From Acidobacteriota bacterium (lineage in GTDB: Bacteria; Acidobacteriota; Vicinamibacteria; Vicinamibacterales; CAVVIG01), in assembly GCA_043759095.1 (NCBI GenBank), contig JAYVMG010000617.1:1-35152 (forward strand): a stretch of DNA of 35,152 bases. Direction: 5' to 3'. Positions 15,961-27,165 of this stretch are shown here, piece after piece. The notes below the pieces were generated by a model that ran no database searches, was not told where the DNA came from, and saw only the letters and a list, made by a program, of their open reading frames with translations. Both the position numbers and the translations under genes were made by a program. Within the stretch, counting starts at the first letter, position 1; every line of letters begins with the position of its first letter.

Positions 15961-16014
15961 GTTCCCCTCGGTGGCGGCGATCTTAACACGCGTCCGGCGA
16001 CCGACGTGTTACGC

Positions 16015-16524
16015 TCACGTTCGTACCGCGAAAGTGGCGGAATTGGCAGACGCGCCGGACTTAGGATCCGGTAGCCGAAAGGCTATGGGGGTTCGACTCC
16101 CCCCTTTCGCACCATGGCTCCATCCACCGATCGAGCGTGCAGGCGGCGAGGACGAACAGACACGGCTCGATGGGGACGCTGTCCCGCGGCGCTGCGAAGA
16201 GCAACGTGTGGACCACGTGACCGCAAGAGGAATCGCCCACACGTACGCGACCCGTGGTGACCACGGGATCACGCCAAGCGACAACAGCGCCGCCGCCAGG
16301 AGCAACGCGCGGAGGCTGATGACCGCTCGCGCGGTCGGCGACCGCGGCGGCGTGTCCGGCCCGCGGGGTTCGTCGCCGCCGGGCCACGGCCCCCATAATT
16401 CCCACAACACCTTGAACCATTGGACGAGAAAACCGGCGGGCGCTCCGGACAGCACGAAGCGCACATAATTCAATTGCTGCGGCCAGACGGCCGCGCGGGG
16501 CGACCGCAGACGCGCGGCGGTCAT
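16015..16524 (-). CDS. hypothetical membrane protein fragment; 3' part unreliable and probably part of a decayed GT-C-like gene
   Basis: ATG 16524 sits in an ATGA overlap with the preceding ORF. The first ~100 codons have high GC3 and hydrophobic stretches (ISLRALLLAAALLSLGVIPW). Beyond that the coding signal moves to another frame. Both frames run antisense into tRNA-Leu. Confidence 0.3.
   Translation of the reverse strand: MTAARLRSPRAAVWPQQLNYVRFVLSGAPAGFLVQWFKVLWELWGPWPGGDEPRGPDTPPRSPTARAVISLRALLLAAALLSLGVIPWSPRVAYVWAIPLAVTWSTRCSSQRRGTASPSSRVCSSSPPARSIGGWSHGAKGGSRTPIAFRLPDPKSGASANSATFAVRT
16028..16114 (+). tRNA. tRNA-Leu (anticodon UAG), class II with long variable arm, CCA encoded
   Basis: Acceptor stem GCGAAAG/CTTTCGC is a perfect 7 bp. 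Anticodon stem CCGGA/TCCGG with loop CTTAGGA. Variable arm TAGCCGAAAGGCTATG. T arm GGGGG-TTCGACT-CCCCC. Discriminator A followed by CCA. Confidence 0.93.
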
Positions 16525-16823
16525 GGCGACCAGGGCGACGGTCGCTGTGTCGAGAGCAGGATGTTCAGCGCAAGCAGCGCCTGTGGCGCATGTGCAGGAG
16601 CGAGCCGCGCCACAGCCGCTATGATGAGAGGGTGCCCAGGCGGGTCGGTGGTGACGATGCCGCTCCCCGAGATGCCGGTGACTTCGGCCAGATAATGGTA
16701 CCTATCGGTCTCGTACGAGGGCAGGGCGAGGCTGCAGACAGCCACGCGCAGCCGGGCCGCCGCGACGATGACGACCGCGAGCAGAACACGCGGGTCGCGA
16801 TCCGATCGCGGCTGATGACGCAC
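16521..16823 (-). CDS. hypothetical membrane protein resembling a GT-C N-terminus (possibly a pseudogene fragment)
   Basis: GTG 16823: (M)RHQPRSDRDPRVLLAVVIVAAARL..LPSYETDRYHYLAEV..DPPGHPLIIAAVARLAP..ALLALNILL. This parallels LDEA..GHPPLFFIALHEWL..LLPLLF of the intact GT-C at 14452-15960. GC3 is high. Confidence 0.35.
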   Translation of the reverse strand: MRHQPRSDRDPRVLLAVVIVAAARLRVAVCSLALPSYETDRYHYLAEVTGISGSGIVTTDPPGHPLIIAAVARLAPAHAPQALLALNILLSTQRPSPWSP

Positions 16824-16844
16824 ACGGCTATTATAAGGATCGGC

Positions 16845-18119
16845 ATGAAGACTGAATTTCTCGACGTCAACGAAACGCGCAAGACGGTGCGCGTCGAAAT
16901 CCCCAGCGCCGCGGTCGATGCGGAAATCGATCGAATCGCGGCAGATTACTCGCGCAAGGCGCGCATCCCTGGCTTCCGGCCTGGCAAGGCGCCGGCCCGC
17001 GTCATCAAACAGCGTTTCAAGGATCAGATCCTGCACGACGTGGCGCACGACATGATTCCGCGCGCGGTCGACGAAGCGCTGCGCGATCGGGGCGTGGAAG
17101 CCGTCGACTCACCCGATGTGCAGGACGTCATCATCGAAGCCGGGCAGCCATTGACGTTTACGGCCTCGTTCGACACCGTGCCGGAATTCGATCCCGGCGA
17201 CCTCGCGGCGATTGCGTTCAAGCGCGCATCGCCGGGAATCAACGACGAAGCTGCGGACCTGGCCATGCAGCGCCTGCGCGATCGCGGCGCGCGTCACGAA
17301 CCGGTCGAAGGCCGCGGCGTCGATCACGGCGACACGCTGACGGTCGACCTCGAGCGCAGCGACGCCGGTGGCGCGCCGGACACGCACAAGGATGTCAGCA
17401 TCGAACTCGGCGCGAAGGCCAACCCGCCCGGCTTCGACGAGCAGCTGCTCGGCCTCGAGGCCGGCGCGACGAAATCCTTCACGCTGCACTACCCCGGGGA
17501 CTACCCGATTGGGGAACTCGCCAACACCGACGTCTCGTATACAGTCACAGTGAAGGGGCTGAAGCGTCGTGTGCTCCCGGAGCTGGACGACGAATTCGCG
17601 AAGGATCTGGGGGTCGATTCTCTGGACGCACTCAAGACGCGCGTCCGCGAAGATCTCGAGCACGAAGCGAAACACGCGGCGGAGCGGGAAGATCGGTCTG
17701 AGCTGATGAAGCAGCTCGCCTCCAAGGTGCCGTTCGACGTCCCGGCGTCGATGGTGAATCGCGAGATCGACCGCCGGCTCGAGGACTTCGCGCGGCGGCT
17801 GATGGATCAGAACGTCGATCCCCGGCAGGCCGGTATTGACTGGAACGCGTTCCGCGAGAGCCAGCGCGAGGTCTCGCGCGAAGCCGTCGCCGCCGCGCTG
17901 GTACTCGACGAGGTGACGCGGCGCGAAAAGCTGGACGTCGGCGACGAAGAGGTCGAAGGCGAGGTCGTGAAATACGCCGAGCGGACGGGCCGAACGCCGG
18001 CGGCGGTGCGCGCGGCGCTCGAGAAAGAAGGCGGCTTGTCCCGTATTTATGCGGGGTTACGCCGGGAGAAGGCAATTGACTTCGTAATGGCGCGTGCTAC
18101 AATTATGGGAGACTCGTAA
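16845..18119 (+). CDS. tig: trigger factor
   Basis: ATG 16845 preceded by [46 protein letters not shown]. 424 aa. Confidence 0.92.
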   Translation: MKTEFLDVNETRKTVRVEIPSAAVDAEIDRIAADYSRKARIPGFRPGKAPARVIKQRFKDQILHDVAHDMIPRAVDEALRDRGVEAVDSPDVQDVIIEAGQPLTFTASFDTVPEFDPGDLAAIAFKRASPGINDEAADLAMQRLRDRGARHEPVEGRGVDHGDTLTVDLERSDAGGAPDTHKDVSIELGAKANPPGFDEQLLGLEAGATKSFTLHYPGDYPIGELANTDVSYTVTVKGLKRRVLPELDDEFAKDLGVDSLDALKTRVREDLEHEAKHAAEREDRSELMKQLASKVPFDVPASMVNREIDRRLEDFARRLMDQNVDPRQAGIDWNAFRESQREVSREAVAAALVLDEVTRREKLDVGDEEVEGEVVKYAERTGRTPAAVRAALEKEGGLSRIYAGLRREKAIDFVMARATIMGDS

Positions 18120-18165
18120 GACACCCCGCTCACGAATCCCCCGACCCATCAGCAGCTACTCCCTT

Positions 18166-18777
18166 ATGCGATATCCGCTTGAAGCCCGGAACCAGTTGGT
18201 CCCCATGGTGGTCGAACAGACCAACCGTGGCGAGCGCGCCTACGACATCTTTTCGCGCCTGCTCAAGGACAGCATCATCTTCGTCGGCACGCCGATTGAC
18301 GATCAGATCGCGAACCTCGTGATCGCCCAGATGCTCTTTCTCGAGGCCGAAGACCCCGACAAGGACATTTTGCTCTACATCAACAGCCCTGGTGGGTCGA
18401 TTACGGCTGGGATGGCCATCTACGACACGATGCAGTTCATCAAGCCGGACGTGCAGACCTACTGCATCGGTCAGGCAGCATCGATGGCGGCGGTTCTGCT
18501 GTCGGCGGGCGCGAAGGGGAAGCGGTTTTCACTCCCGAATTCACGGATTGTCATTCATCAGCCGCTGATGTCTGGATTGGGCGGCCAAGCGACCGATATT
18601 GATATTGCGGCTCGCGAGATCCTGCGCATGCGCGAGCGCCTCAACGAGATCCTGGTCCTCCATACCGGCCAGACCGTCAAACGCATCCAGGACGACACGG
18701 AACGCGACTACATCATGACGGCGGACCAGGGTAAGGAATACGGTATTATTGACGATGTCATCCGGAAACGGGCGTAA
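18166..18777 (+). CDS. clpP: ATP-dependent Clp protease proteolytic subunit
   Basis: [59 protein letters not shown]. Start ATG 18166 leaves a short propeptide as in E. coli ClpP. Confidence 0.93.
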   Translation: MRYPLEARNQLVPMVVEQTNRGERAYDIFSRLLKDSIIFVGTPIDDQIANLVIAQMLFLEAEDPDKDILLYINSPGGSITAGMAIYDTMQFIKPDVQTYCIGQAASMAAVLLSAGAKGKRFSLPNSRIVIHQPLMSGLGGQATDIDIAAREILRMRERLNEILVLHTGQTVKRIQDDTERDYIMTADQGKEYGIIDDVIRKRA

Positions 18778-18778
18778 C

Positions 18779-18813
18779 AGCTCAAAGGGCTTAGGGCGAA
18801 GGGCTTAGGGCTT
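18779..18813 (+). repeat. 5-unit heptanucleotide array filling the clpP-clpX spacer
   Basis: AGCTCAA AGGGCTT AGGGCGA AGGGCTT AGGGCTT, then AAGC and the clpX ATG at 18818. G3N4G3N4G3N4G3 spans 18787-18810. Confidence 0.85.
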
Positions 18814-18817
18814 AAGC

Positions 18818-20065
18818 ATGGTGAAAAAGGCCGGGGAAACCGAGGTTCTGCGCTGCTCCTTCTGCAACAAGGACCAGAACGACGTCCGGAAGCTCATCGC
18901 GGGCCCGACGGTGTTCATCTGCGACGAGTGCGTCGAGGTCTGCAACGACATCATCGCGGACGATAACCGGTTCGAAAACCGTGGCACTCGTTCGTCGCTG
19001 CCCACGCCGCAGGAAATCAAGAAATTTCTTGACGAGTACGTCATCGGCCAGGAGCGCACCAAGAAGAAGCTGGCCGTCGCGGTCTACAACCACTACAAGC
19101 GCATCGAAATCCAGAAGCAGCCGCGCAGCCGCAACGACATCGAGCTGACCAAGAGCAACATCCTGCTCATCGGCCCCACCGGCACCGGCAAGACACTGCT
19201 CGCCCAGACCCTCGCCAAGCTGCTGTCCGTCCCCTTCACGATCGTCGACGCGACGACGCTGACGGAAGCCGGGTATGTCGGCGAGGACGTCGAGAACATC
19301 ATTCTGAAGCTGCTGCAGGCCGCCGGTGGCGACATCGAGAAGTGCCAGCAGGGGATCATCTACATCGACGAGGTCGACAAGATCTGCCGCAAGGACGAGA
19401 ACCCGTCGATCACGCGCGACGTGTCGGGTGAAGGCGTCCAGCAGGCGCTGCTGAAGATTCTCGAGGGCACGGTCGCCAACGTCCCGCCACAGGGCGGACG
19501 CAAGCATCCGCACCAGGAGTTCTTCCAGGTCGACACCAGCAACATCCTGTTTGTCTGCGGCGGCGCGTTCGTCGGCCTCGACAAACAGATCGACCGCCGC
19601 ATCGGCAAGAAGACGCTCGGCTTCAAGGCGGACATCAAGTCGCTGCGCGCGCGCGACATCGGCACGACGCTCGAGGCGCTCGAGCCGCAGGATCTGATCA
19701 AGTACGGCCTGATCCCCGAGTTCGTCGGTCGCCTGCCGGTCATCGGCACGCTGCACGAGCTCGACAAGCCGGCGCTCGTCCAGATCCTCACGCAACCGCG
19801 CAACGCCATCACGCGTCAGTACATGAAACTGTTCGAGTACGAAAACGTCAAGCTCCGCTTCACCGACGATGCGCTTGATGCGATCGCCGAGGCGGCGCTC
19901 GACCGCAAGATCGGCGCACGCGGATTGCGGATGATCATCGAAGAGCTGATGCTCGACCTGATGTATCAGGTGCCGAATCAGAAGAAGGTCCGCGAGGTCA
20001 CGATCACGCGCGAAGTCGTGCTCGCGAAGGACAAACCCATCACGTTGATTGAGAAAGCCGGTTAA
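18818..20065 (+). CDS. clpX: ATP-dependent Clp protease ATP-binding subunit ClpX
   Basis: Zinc-binding N-terminus [15 protein letters not shown]. Walker [26 protein letters not shown]. 415 aa. Confidence 0.95.
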   Translation: MVKKAGETEVLRCSFCNKDQNDVRKLIAGPTVFICDECVEVCNDIIADDNRFENRGTRSSLPTPQEIKKFLDEYVIGQERTKKKLAVAVYNHYKRIEIQKQPRSRNDIELTKSNILLIGPTGTGKTLLAQTLAKLLSVPFTIVDATTLTEAGYVGEDVENIILKLLQAAGGDIEKCQQGIIYIDEVDKICRKDENPSITRDVSGEGVQQALLKILEGTVANVPPQGGRKHPHQEFFQVDTSNILFVCGGAFVGLDKQIDRRIGKKTLGFKADIKSLRARDIGTTLEALEPQDLIKYGLIPEFVGRLPVIGTLHELDKPALVQILTQPRNAITRQYMKLFEYENVKLRFTDDALDAIAEAALDRKIGARGLRMIIEELMLDLMYQVPNQKKVREVTITREVVLAKDKPITLIEKAG

Positions 20066-20067
20066 CG

Positions 20068-22460
<2,393 letters not shown>

Positions 22461-22464
<4 letters not shown>

Positions 22465-23141
22465 AGATAGTCGCTGAGTTTGTCACCAGCGCCGCCGCGG
22501 CAGACGGTCTGCCGCGGGACGGCGCAGCCGAAGTCGCGCTGGTCGGGCGCTCGAATGTCGGCAAATCGAGCCTGATCAATGCGCTGGTTCGCCAGCGTGT
22601 TGCGCGGACGAGCGCCGCGCCAGGCAAAACGCGGCTGGCCAACGTCTACCGCGTGACGCGCGGCAGCGGCGCGCCGTTCTACCTGCTGGATCTGCCGGGG
22701 TACGGATACGCGCGCGCGCCGAAGCAGGCGCGCGGCGCCGCGAGCCCGACGGAGATACGGAAGACCAGCCAGGCAGAGTTCGAGGCGGTGGTGCGCGCGG
22801 TGTTCGAACGCGCACCGGCCGGACTCCTGCTGGTGGACGCGCGGCATCCTGGCCTGGCCAGCGATCGTGCAGCGTGGGAGTGGATCAGCGCGGTGGCCGG
22901 AAACGCCGCCGTCGTCGCAACGAAAATCGACAAGCTCGGGCGCGGCGAACGGATCCGCACCGTGAGAGAACTCGAATCCGTGTTTGACACTTCCGTGCTG
23001 CCGGTCTCGGCGGTCACGGGCGAAGGACTGGACGAACTGTGGATACTGATCGACCGAATACTGAACAACAGCCACCTGCCGCGCAGCCGGCAGCCGCAGC
23101 CCCCAAAGCCAACGGCGCCGCCCCCCCAGCGGAAAAGCTAG
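22461..23141 (+). CDS. engB: ribosome-biogenesis GTPase EngB/YihA/YsxC; non-canonical start inferred
   Basis: G1 [14 protein letters not shown] at 22545 onward, [11 protein letters not shown]3 DLPGYGYA, G4 TKIDK, G5 SAVTGEG. The frame is open from 22188 but has no ATG/GTG/TTG before 22653, which lies downstream of the P-loop. The best N-terminal fit to YsxC (MKVTKSEIVISAV) is CTG 22461, overlapping the lon TGA as CTGA. ATA 22467 is an alternative. Confidence 0.8.
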
Positions 23142-24394
23142 ATCTGTCGACGCTCAAGGACATGAGCGTCGGTGCGCTGACCAAGATCGCGAAGGGACTC
23201 GACGTCCCGGGCGCGACCGGCATGCGCAAGCAGGAGCTGATTTTCGAGATCCTGAAGGCGCGCGCTGAAAAGAGCGGGCTGATTTTCTCCGAAGGCGTAC
23301 TGGAGTGCCTGCCGGACGGCTTCGGGTTCCTGCGGGCCCCCGACTACAACTACCTCCCCGGCCCCGACGACATCTACGTGTCGCCGTCGCAGATTCGCAA
23401 GTTCGATCTTCACACCGGCGACACCGTCTCCGGCCAGATCCGGCCGCCGAAGGATGGCGAGCGGTACTTCGCCCTGATCAAAGTGGAAGCCGTCAACTTC
23501 GAGCCGCCGGAACGGGCGCGCGAGAAGGTGTTCTTCGAGAACCTGACCCCGCTCTATCCGCAGTCGAAGATCCTGCTCGAGACCGACGCCGAGAACCTCT
23601 CCGCCCGCGTGCTCGACATGATGGTGCCGATCGGCAAGGGCCAGCGCGGCCTCATTGTCGCGCCGCCGCGCACCGGCAAGACGATGCTGCTGCAGAACAT
23701 CGCCAACAGCATCACGCACAACCATCCCGAGGTGTACCTGATCGTGTTGCTCATCGACGAGCGGCCGGAAGAAGTCACCGACATGCAGCGCTCGGTGCGC
23801 GGCGAGGTGATCTCGTCGACGTTCGACGAGCCCGCGCAGCGCCACGTGCAGGTCGCTGAGATGGTGATCGAGAAAGCCAAGCGCCTCGTTGAGCACAAGA
23901 AGGACGTCGTGATCCTGCTCGACTCGATCACGCGCCTGGCGCGGGCCTACAACACGATCGTGCCGCCGTCGGGCAAGGTCCTGTCAGGCGGCGTCGACAG
24001 CAACGCGCTGCAGCGACCGAAGCGCTTCTTCGGCGCGGCGCGCAACATCGAGGAGGGCGGCTCGCTGACGATCATCTCGACCGCGCTCGTCGACACCGGC
24101 TCGCGGATGGACGAAGTGATCTTCGAGGAGTTCAAGGGCACGGGCAACCTCGAGATCCATCTCGATCGCAAGCTGACGGATCGCCGCGTGTTCCCGTCGA
24201 TCGACATCCAGAAAAGCGGCACACGCAAAGAAGAACTGCTGATCCCGAAGGAAGACCTCAGCCGCGTGTGGGTGCTGCGGAAAGTGTTGACCCCACTGTC
24301 GCCCGTCGAAGCGATGGAACTGCTGCTGTCGCGGATGGCGAAGACGAAGACGAACCAGGACTTCCTGGCGTCGATGAGCAGCGGCAAGTCGTAA
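23039..24394 (+). CDS. rho: transcription termination factor Rho with a P/A/Q-rich N-terminal extension
   Basis: [37 protein letters not shown] aligns with the E. coli Rho N-terminus. GFGFLR and [15 protein letters not shown] are present. The only canonical start upstream of LSTLKD is GTG 23039. Confidence 0.9.
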   Translation: MDTDRPNTEQQPPAAQPAAAAPKANGAAPPAEKLDLSTLKDMSVGALTKIAKGLDVPGATGMRKQELIFEILKARAEKSGLIFSEGVLECLPDGFGFLRAPDYNYLPGPDDIYVSPSQIRKFDLHTGDTVSGQIRPPKDGERYFALIKVEAVNFEPPERAREKVFFENLTPLYPQSKILLETDAENLSARVLDMMVPIGKGQRGLIVAPPRTGKTMLLQNIANSITHNHPEVYLIVLLIDERPEEVTDMQRSVRGEVISSTFDEPAQRHVQVAEMVIEKAKRLVEHKKDVVILLDSITRLARAYNTIVPPSGKVLSGGVDSNALQRPKRFFGAARNIEEGGSLTIISTALVDTGSRMDEVIFEEFKGTGNLEIHLDRKLTDRRVFPSIDIQKSGTRKEELLIPKEDLSRVWVLRKVLTPLSPVEAMELLLSRMAKTKTNQDFLASMSSGKS

Positions 24395-24469
24395 AAGTCA
24401 AAACGGAAAACCGAAAAGCTAAAACTCGGACTTTTGGCTTTTCAGTCTTAGCTTTTCACTTTCTACCTG
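24393..24469 (+). repeat. mirror-arranged heptanucleotide array downstream of rho (AAAANNN x5, then NNNCTTT-type x5); includes a terminator-like hairpin
   Basis: In-register units AAAAGTC AAAACGG AAAACCG AAAAGCT AAAACTC | GGACTTT TGGCTTT TCAGTCT TAGCTTT TCACTTT CTACCTG. GAAAAGCTAAAA (24413-24424) pairs with TTTTGGCTTTTC (24432-24443), giving 12 bp with one G-U pair and a 7-nt loop. Confidence 0.8.
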
Positions 24470-24541
24470 TCTCCCCCGATTCGATCTCTAATCGCGCCGA
24501 GCGCGCCGATGATGTCGTCGGTGATCATGGGAAGATTGTTT

Positions 24542-25510
24542 ATGCGCAATCGCACGTTTGGCCGCACGGGATGGCAGGTCTCTGAAGTCGGGTACGGCAT
24601 GTGGGGCATGGGCGGCTGGACCGGGTCTGATGATCAGGAGTCGCTGCGCGCGCTCGACCGGGCGCTCGCGCTCGGCTGCAACTTCTTCGACACGGCGTGG
24701 GCGTACGGGCAGGGCAAGAGCGAGGCGCTGCTCGGCGAGGCGCTGCGCACGCATCCCGACGCGACCGCGTACGTCGCGACGAAGATCCCGCCCAAGAACA
24801 TGAAATGGCCCGGCAAGGCGGAGTATCGGGTGGAGGACACCTATCCGCCCGATCACATCCGCGCGTACACCGAACAAAGTCTCGCGACCCTGGGCACGCC
24901 GATCATCGACCTGCAACAGTTCCACGTCTGGAGCGACACGTGGGCCGACGATGACGGGTGGCAGCGAGCGGTCGATGACCTGAAGCGCGAGCGCCTCGTC
25001 GCGCACGTGGGCATCAGCATCAACCGGTGGGAAGCGACCAACGTGATGCGCGCGCTGGCGACCGGGCTCATCGACAGCGTGCAGGTGGTCTACAACATCT
25101 TCGATCAGGCGCCGGAGGACGAACTGTTCCCCTACTGCCTGGCGCACAACATCGCCGTCATCGCGCGCGTGCCGTTCGACGAGGGGAGCCTGACGGACAC
25201 GCTCACGGCAGACTCGACGTGGCCCGACGGCGACTGGCGGAACCTCTACTTCAACCGAAATCACTTGAGCGCGACGCTCGCCCGGGTCGACCGCCTGGGT
25301 CCGCTGGCGCCGGAAGGGATGGATCTGCCCGAACTGGCGCTCCGCTTCATCCTGGAGCACCCGGCGGTCAGCACGACGATTCCCGGGATGCGGCGTCCGG
25401 CGCACGTCGAGCGGAATCTGGCCGTCAGCGACGGGGCCCGGCTCCCACCCCGCCTGGGGGAAGCTCTCAAGACCCACCGCTGGGATCGCGTACCGAACGC
25501 GACCCCGTAG
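24542..25510 (+). CDS. aldo-keto reductase family oxidoreductase
   Basis: MRNRTFGRTGWQVSEVGYGMWGMGGW..LDRALALGCNFFDTAWAYGQGKSEALLGEAL. ATG 24542 is preferred over 24509 on N-terminal pattern and the upstream GGAAG. Confidence 0.88.
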   Translation: MRNRTFGRTGWQVSEVGYGMWGMGGWTGSDDQESLRALDRALALGCNFFDTAWAYGQGKSEALLGEALRTHPDATAYVATKIPPKNMKWPGKAEYRVEDTYPPDHIRAYTEQSLATLGTPIIDLQQFHVWSDTWADDDGWQRAVDDLKRERLVAHVGISINRWEATNVMRALATGLIDSVQVVYNIFDQAPEDELFPYCLAHNIAVIARVPFDEGSLTDTLTADSTWPDGDWRNLYFNRNHLSATLARVDRLGPLAPEGMDLPELALRFILEHPAVSTTIPGMRRPAHVERNLAVSDGARLPPRLGEALKTHRWDRVPNATP

Positions 25511-25515
25511 GCGTC

Positions 25516-25524
25516 TGATATAAT
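25516..25524 (+). promoter_or_regulatory. candidate extended -10 promoter element (TGaTATAAT) for rpmE
   Basis: TGATATAAT at 25516-25524, 33 nt upstream of the rpmE GTG. No convincing -35 was seen. Confidence 0.4.
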
Positions 25525-25556
25525 GATTGTTTCCCGGAGAGACCAAGGAGCACGTT

Positions 25557-25829
25557 GTGAAGGAAGCGATTCACCCGAAGTATTTCGATGTCGACGCGCG
25601 TTGTGCCTGTGGGGCGACCTGGAAGACCAAGTCGACCAAAGAGGAGCTGCACCTCGAAATCTGCTCGAGCTGCCACCCGTTTTTCACCGGCAAGCAGAAG
25701 CTGCTTGATACCGAAGGCCGCGTGGAGCGGTTCAACAAGAAGTTCGGCGCGCAGACGTCTGAGAGCCGTAAGACCGCCGCCAAGGCGACGAAAGCCAAGA
25801 AGGCTGCAGCGACGACCGTCACCCACTAA
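25557..25829 (+). CDS. rpmE: 50S ribosomal protein L31 (zinc-binding type)
   Basis: GTG 25557 lies 6 nt after AAGGAG (25545-25550). (M)[48 protein letters not shown]. Lys/Ala-rich C-terminal tail. Confidence 0.9.
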   Translation: MKEAIHPKYFDVDARCACGATWKTKSTKEELHLEICSSCHPFFTGKQKLLDTEGRVERFNKKFGAQTSESRKTAAKATKAKKAAATTVTH

Positions 25830-27165
25830 GCAGGGAGGGGAGTGCGAGTCTCTCCCCTTCCATCTTCCGCTCGATGCGCGACAGCCGATGTCGCACCGAC
25901 TCGGTCCACGCACCTCCCGCTCCACTCTCCAGACTCAGCAAAGCAAACGCTTTCGCCGCGGCCAGATCGCGCCGGCGGTGCTCGTGATGAATGGCCAACG
26001 CTTCGGTCGCCTCGCGCGCGATCGGCGCCGGGCAGCCGCGGGTTTCCATCACCTCGCTCCAGCACGACGCGGCTTCGTCATGACGCCTGGCGCGGCGGCA
26101 GGTCAACGCCAGCGCGCGCAGCGCATCGATGCGGATCGGATCGTATGCGCCGCGCGGCGATCGGCAGCGCTCCAGCGCGCGCCGGTAGGCGGCGGTGGCG
26201 CGATCCTCGAACCCACTGCGCGCGTAGACATGGCCGAGCGCCAGCGCTTCTCGCGGGTCAATGACCGCGTCAGGTCCGCTCCGGGTCATGTGCAGCAGCC
26301 GCGCGGTGAGCGCCGCCAGAGTCAGCAGGTCGAGACGGTTGTGCTCGAGGACCGCTTCGAGCGGGCGCGCGTCGCCGCTGCGCACGAACTGAAAATATCG
26401 AGCGGGAATCTCGAAGCCCGGCACATCCCCCACGCGTCGCACGCCGAAGAGCTGCCGTTCGAGCGCCTGCAGCGAGCAGCTGTTCTCGCGCCCCTCTGAT
26501 TGTGGCGCAGGACTTTGAGTCCTGCGATCGCGCGTCTTCCAGAAGCGCCGCGCCGGATGCAGCACGTCGATGTGCGGCACGGCGCCGCCGTTCCATGGCA
26601 GGCGGTGGTATAGAAATCGGCTCTCCAGCAACGGCGCGTCGAATGACTTACCGTTGAAGCTGACGAGCGCCCCCGCGTGCGCCAGTTCACCCGCGACCGT
26701 TTCGAGCAGCGGCCGCTCGTCGGCGTGCTTCGCCAGCAGAAACTGGCGAGTCGTGAACGATCCGTCGGCGTCGAACCAGGCGCAGCCCACGAGAAACGCC
26801 AACGTGCCGGCGCCACCGCTCAAACCGGTCGTTTCGAGATCGAAAAACACGAACGGCGGACGCGCAGGCGCGCCTCCACTACTGCCGGTGAACATCGGCG
26901 CCTCACCGGACGACTGCGCCAGCTGCGACGCCAGCTCGCCGATCCGCTCGCGTCCGTGCTGCGCCGACGGCTCCCAGCGCCGATCGACCACGAAGCAGCC
27001 GCCGCGCCACTCGCCACCCAGCGCGGCGCTGAGGTCGGGTAGGACAGATGGGGCAGGTAGGTCGGGTGCGTCGGGTAGGCCTGGTAGATCAGGTGTGGCG
27101 CACGGTTTTACCCGTGCGTTTGCTGGCGACACAATCCCGCGGATACGATCGGCGAACGCGCTCAA
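25819..27165 (-). CDS. mrfB: MrfB/YprB-like DEDDh (RNase H fold) exonuclease with C-terminal TPR-like region
   Basis: [23 protein letters not shown] (compare B. subtilis YprB FFFDTETTGLGGGAGNTIFLLG). [12 protein letters not shown] and [12 protein letters not shown] complete the DEDDh motifs. N-terminal [16 protein letters not shown] also matches the YprB pattern. Start inferred at TTG 27165, overlapping the helicase TGA as TTGA. The ORF-track extension to 27510 lies inside the helicase gene. The next in-frame ATG (26895) would delete the conserved N-terminus. Confidence 0.8.
   Translation of the reverse strand: MSAFADRIRGIVSPANARVKPCATPDLPGLPDAPDLPAPSVLPDLSAALGGEWRGGCFVVDRRWEPSAQHGRERIGELASQLAQSSGEAPMFTGSSGGAPARPPFVFFDLETTGLSGGAGTLAFLVGCAWFDADGSFTTRQFLLAKHADERPLLETVAGELAHAGALVSFNGKSFDAPLLESRFLYHRLPWNGGAVPHIDVLHPARRFWKTRDRRTQSPAPQSEGRENSCSLQALERQLFGVRRVGDVPGFEIPARYFQFVRSGDARPLEAVLEHNRLDLLTLAALTARLLHMTRSGPDAVIDPREALALGHVYARSGFEDRATAAYRRALERCRSPRGAYDPIRIDALRALALTCRRARRHDEAASCWSEVMETRGCPAPIAREATEALAIHHEHRRRDLAAAKAFALLSLESGAGGAWTESVRHRLSRIERKMEGERLALPSLLSG
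27038..27100 (-). repeat. 7-unit 9-nt periodic repeat inside mrfB-like, encoding a (D/G/V)LP tripeptide-repeat linker
   Basis: Plus strand: GGTAGGACA GATGGGGCA GGTAGGTCG GGTGCGTCG GGTAGGCCT GGTAGATCA GGTGTGGCG. Minus-strand translation: [21 protein letters not shown]. Confidence 0.75.

Noticed and set aside
15984-16011. Inverted repeat TAACACG-N14-CGTGTTA between the GT-C gene start and tRNA-Leu, as an operator or tRNA promoter
   Set aside because: The stem is short. I could not fit convincing -35/-10 hexamers at proper spacing. It is kept only as a low-value note.
16521-16524. ATGA overlap between the two small minus-strand ORFs as evidence that they are a genuine coupled gene pair
   Set aside because: The downstream frame stays hydrophobic and high in GC3 upstream of its ATG (LDTATVALVAM). 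A frameshift within one ancestral gene therefore explains the junction at least as well.
16028-16845. tRNA-Leu as the attachment site of an integrated mobile element
   Set aside because: No integrase, excisionase or phage/ICE genes are visible next to it. I could not find a direct repeat of the tRNA 3' end by eye. Only the decayed GT-C remnant hints at past rearrangement.
18120-18165. C-tract-rich tig-clpP spacer (CCCC, CCCCC, CCC, CCC) as another heptamer array or i-motif/G4 element
   Set aside because: Tract spacing is 14, 7 and 16 nt, with loops beyond the usual G4 limit. The periodicity is not maintained.
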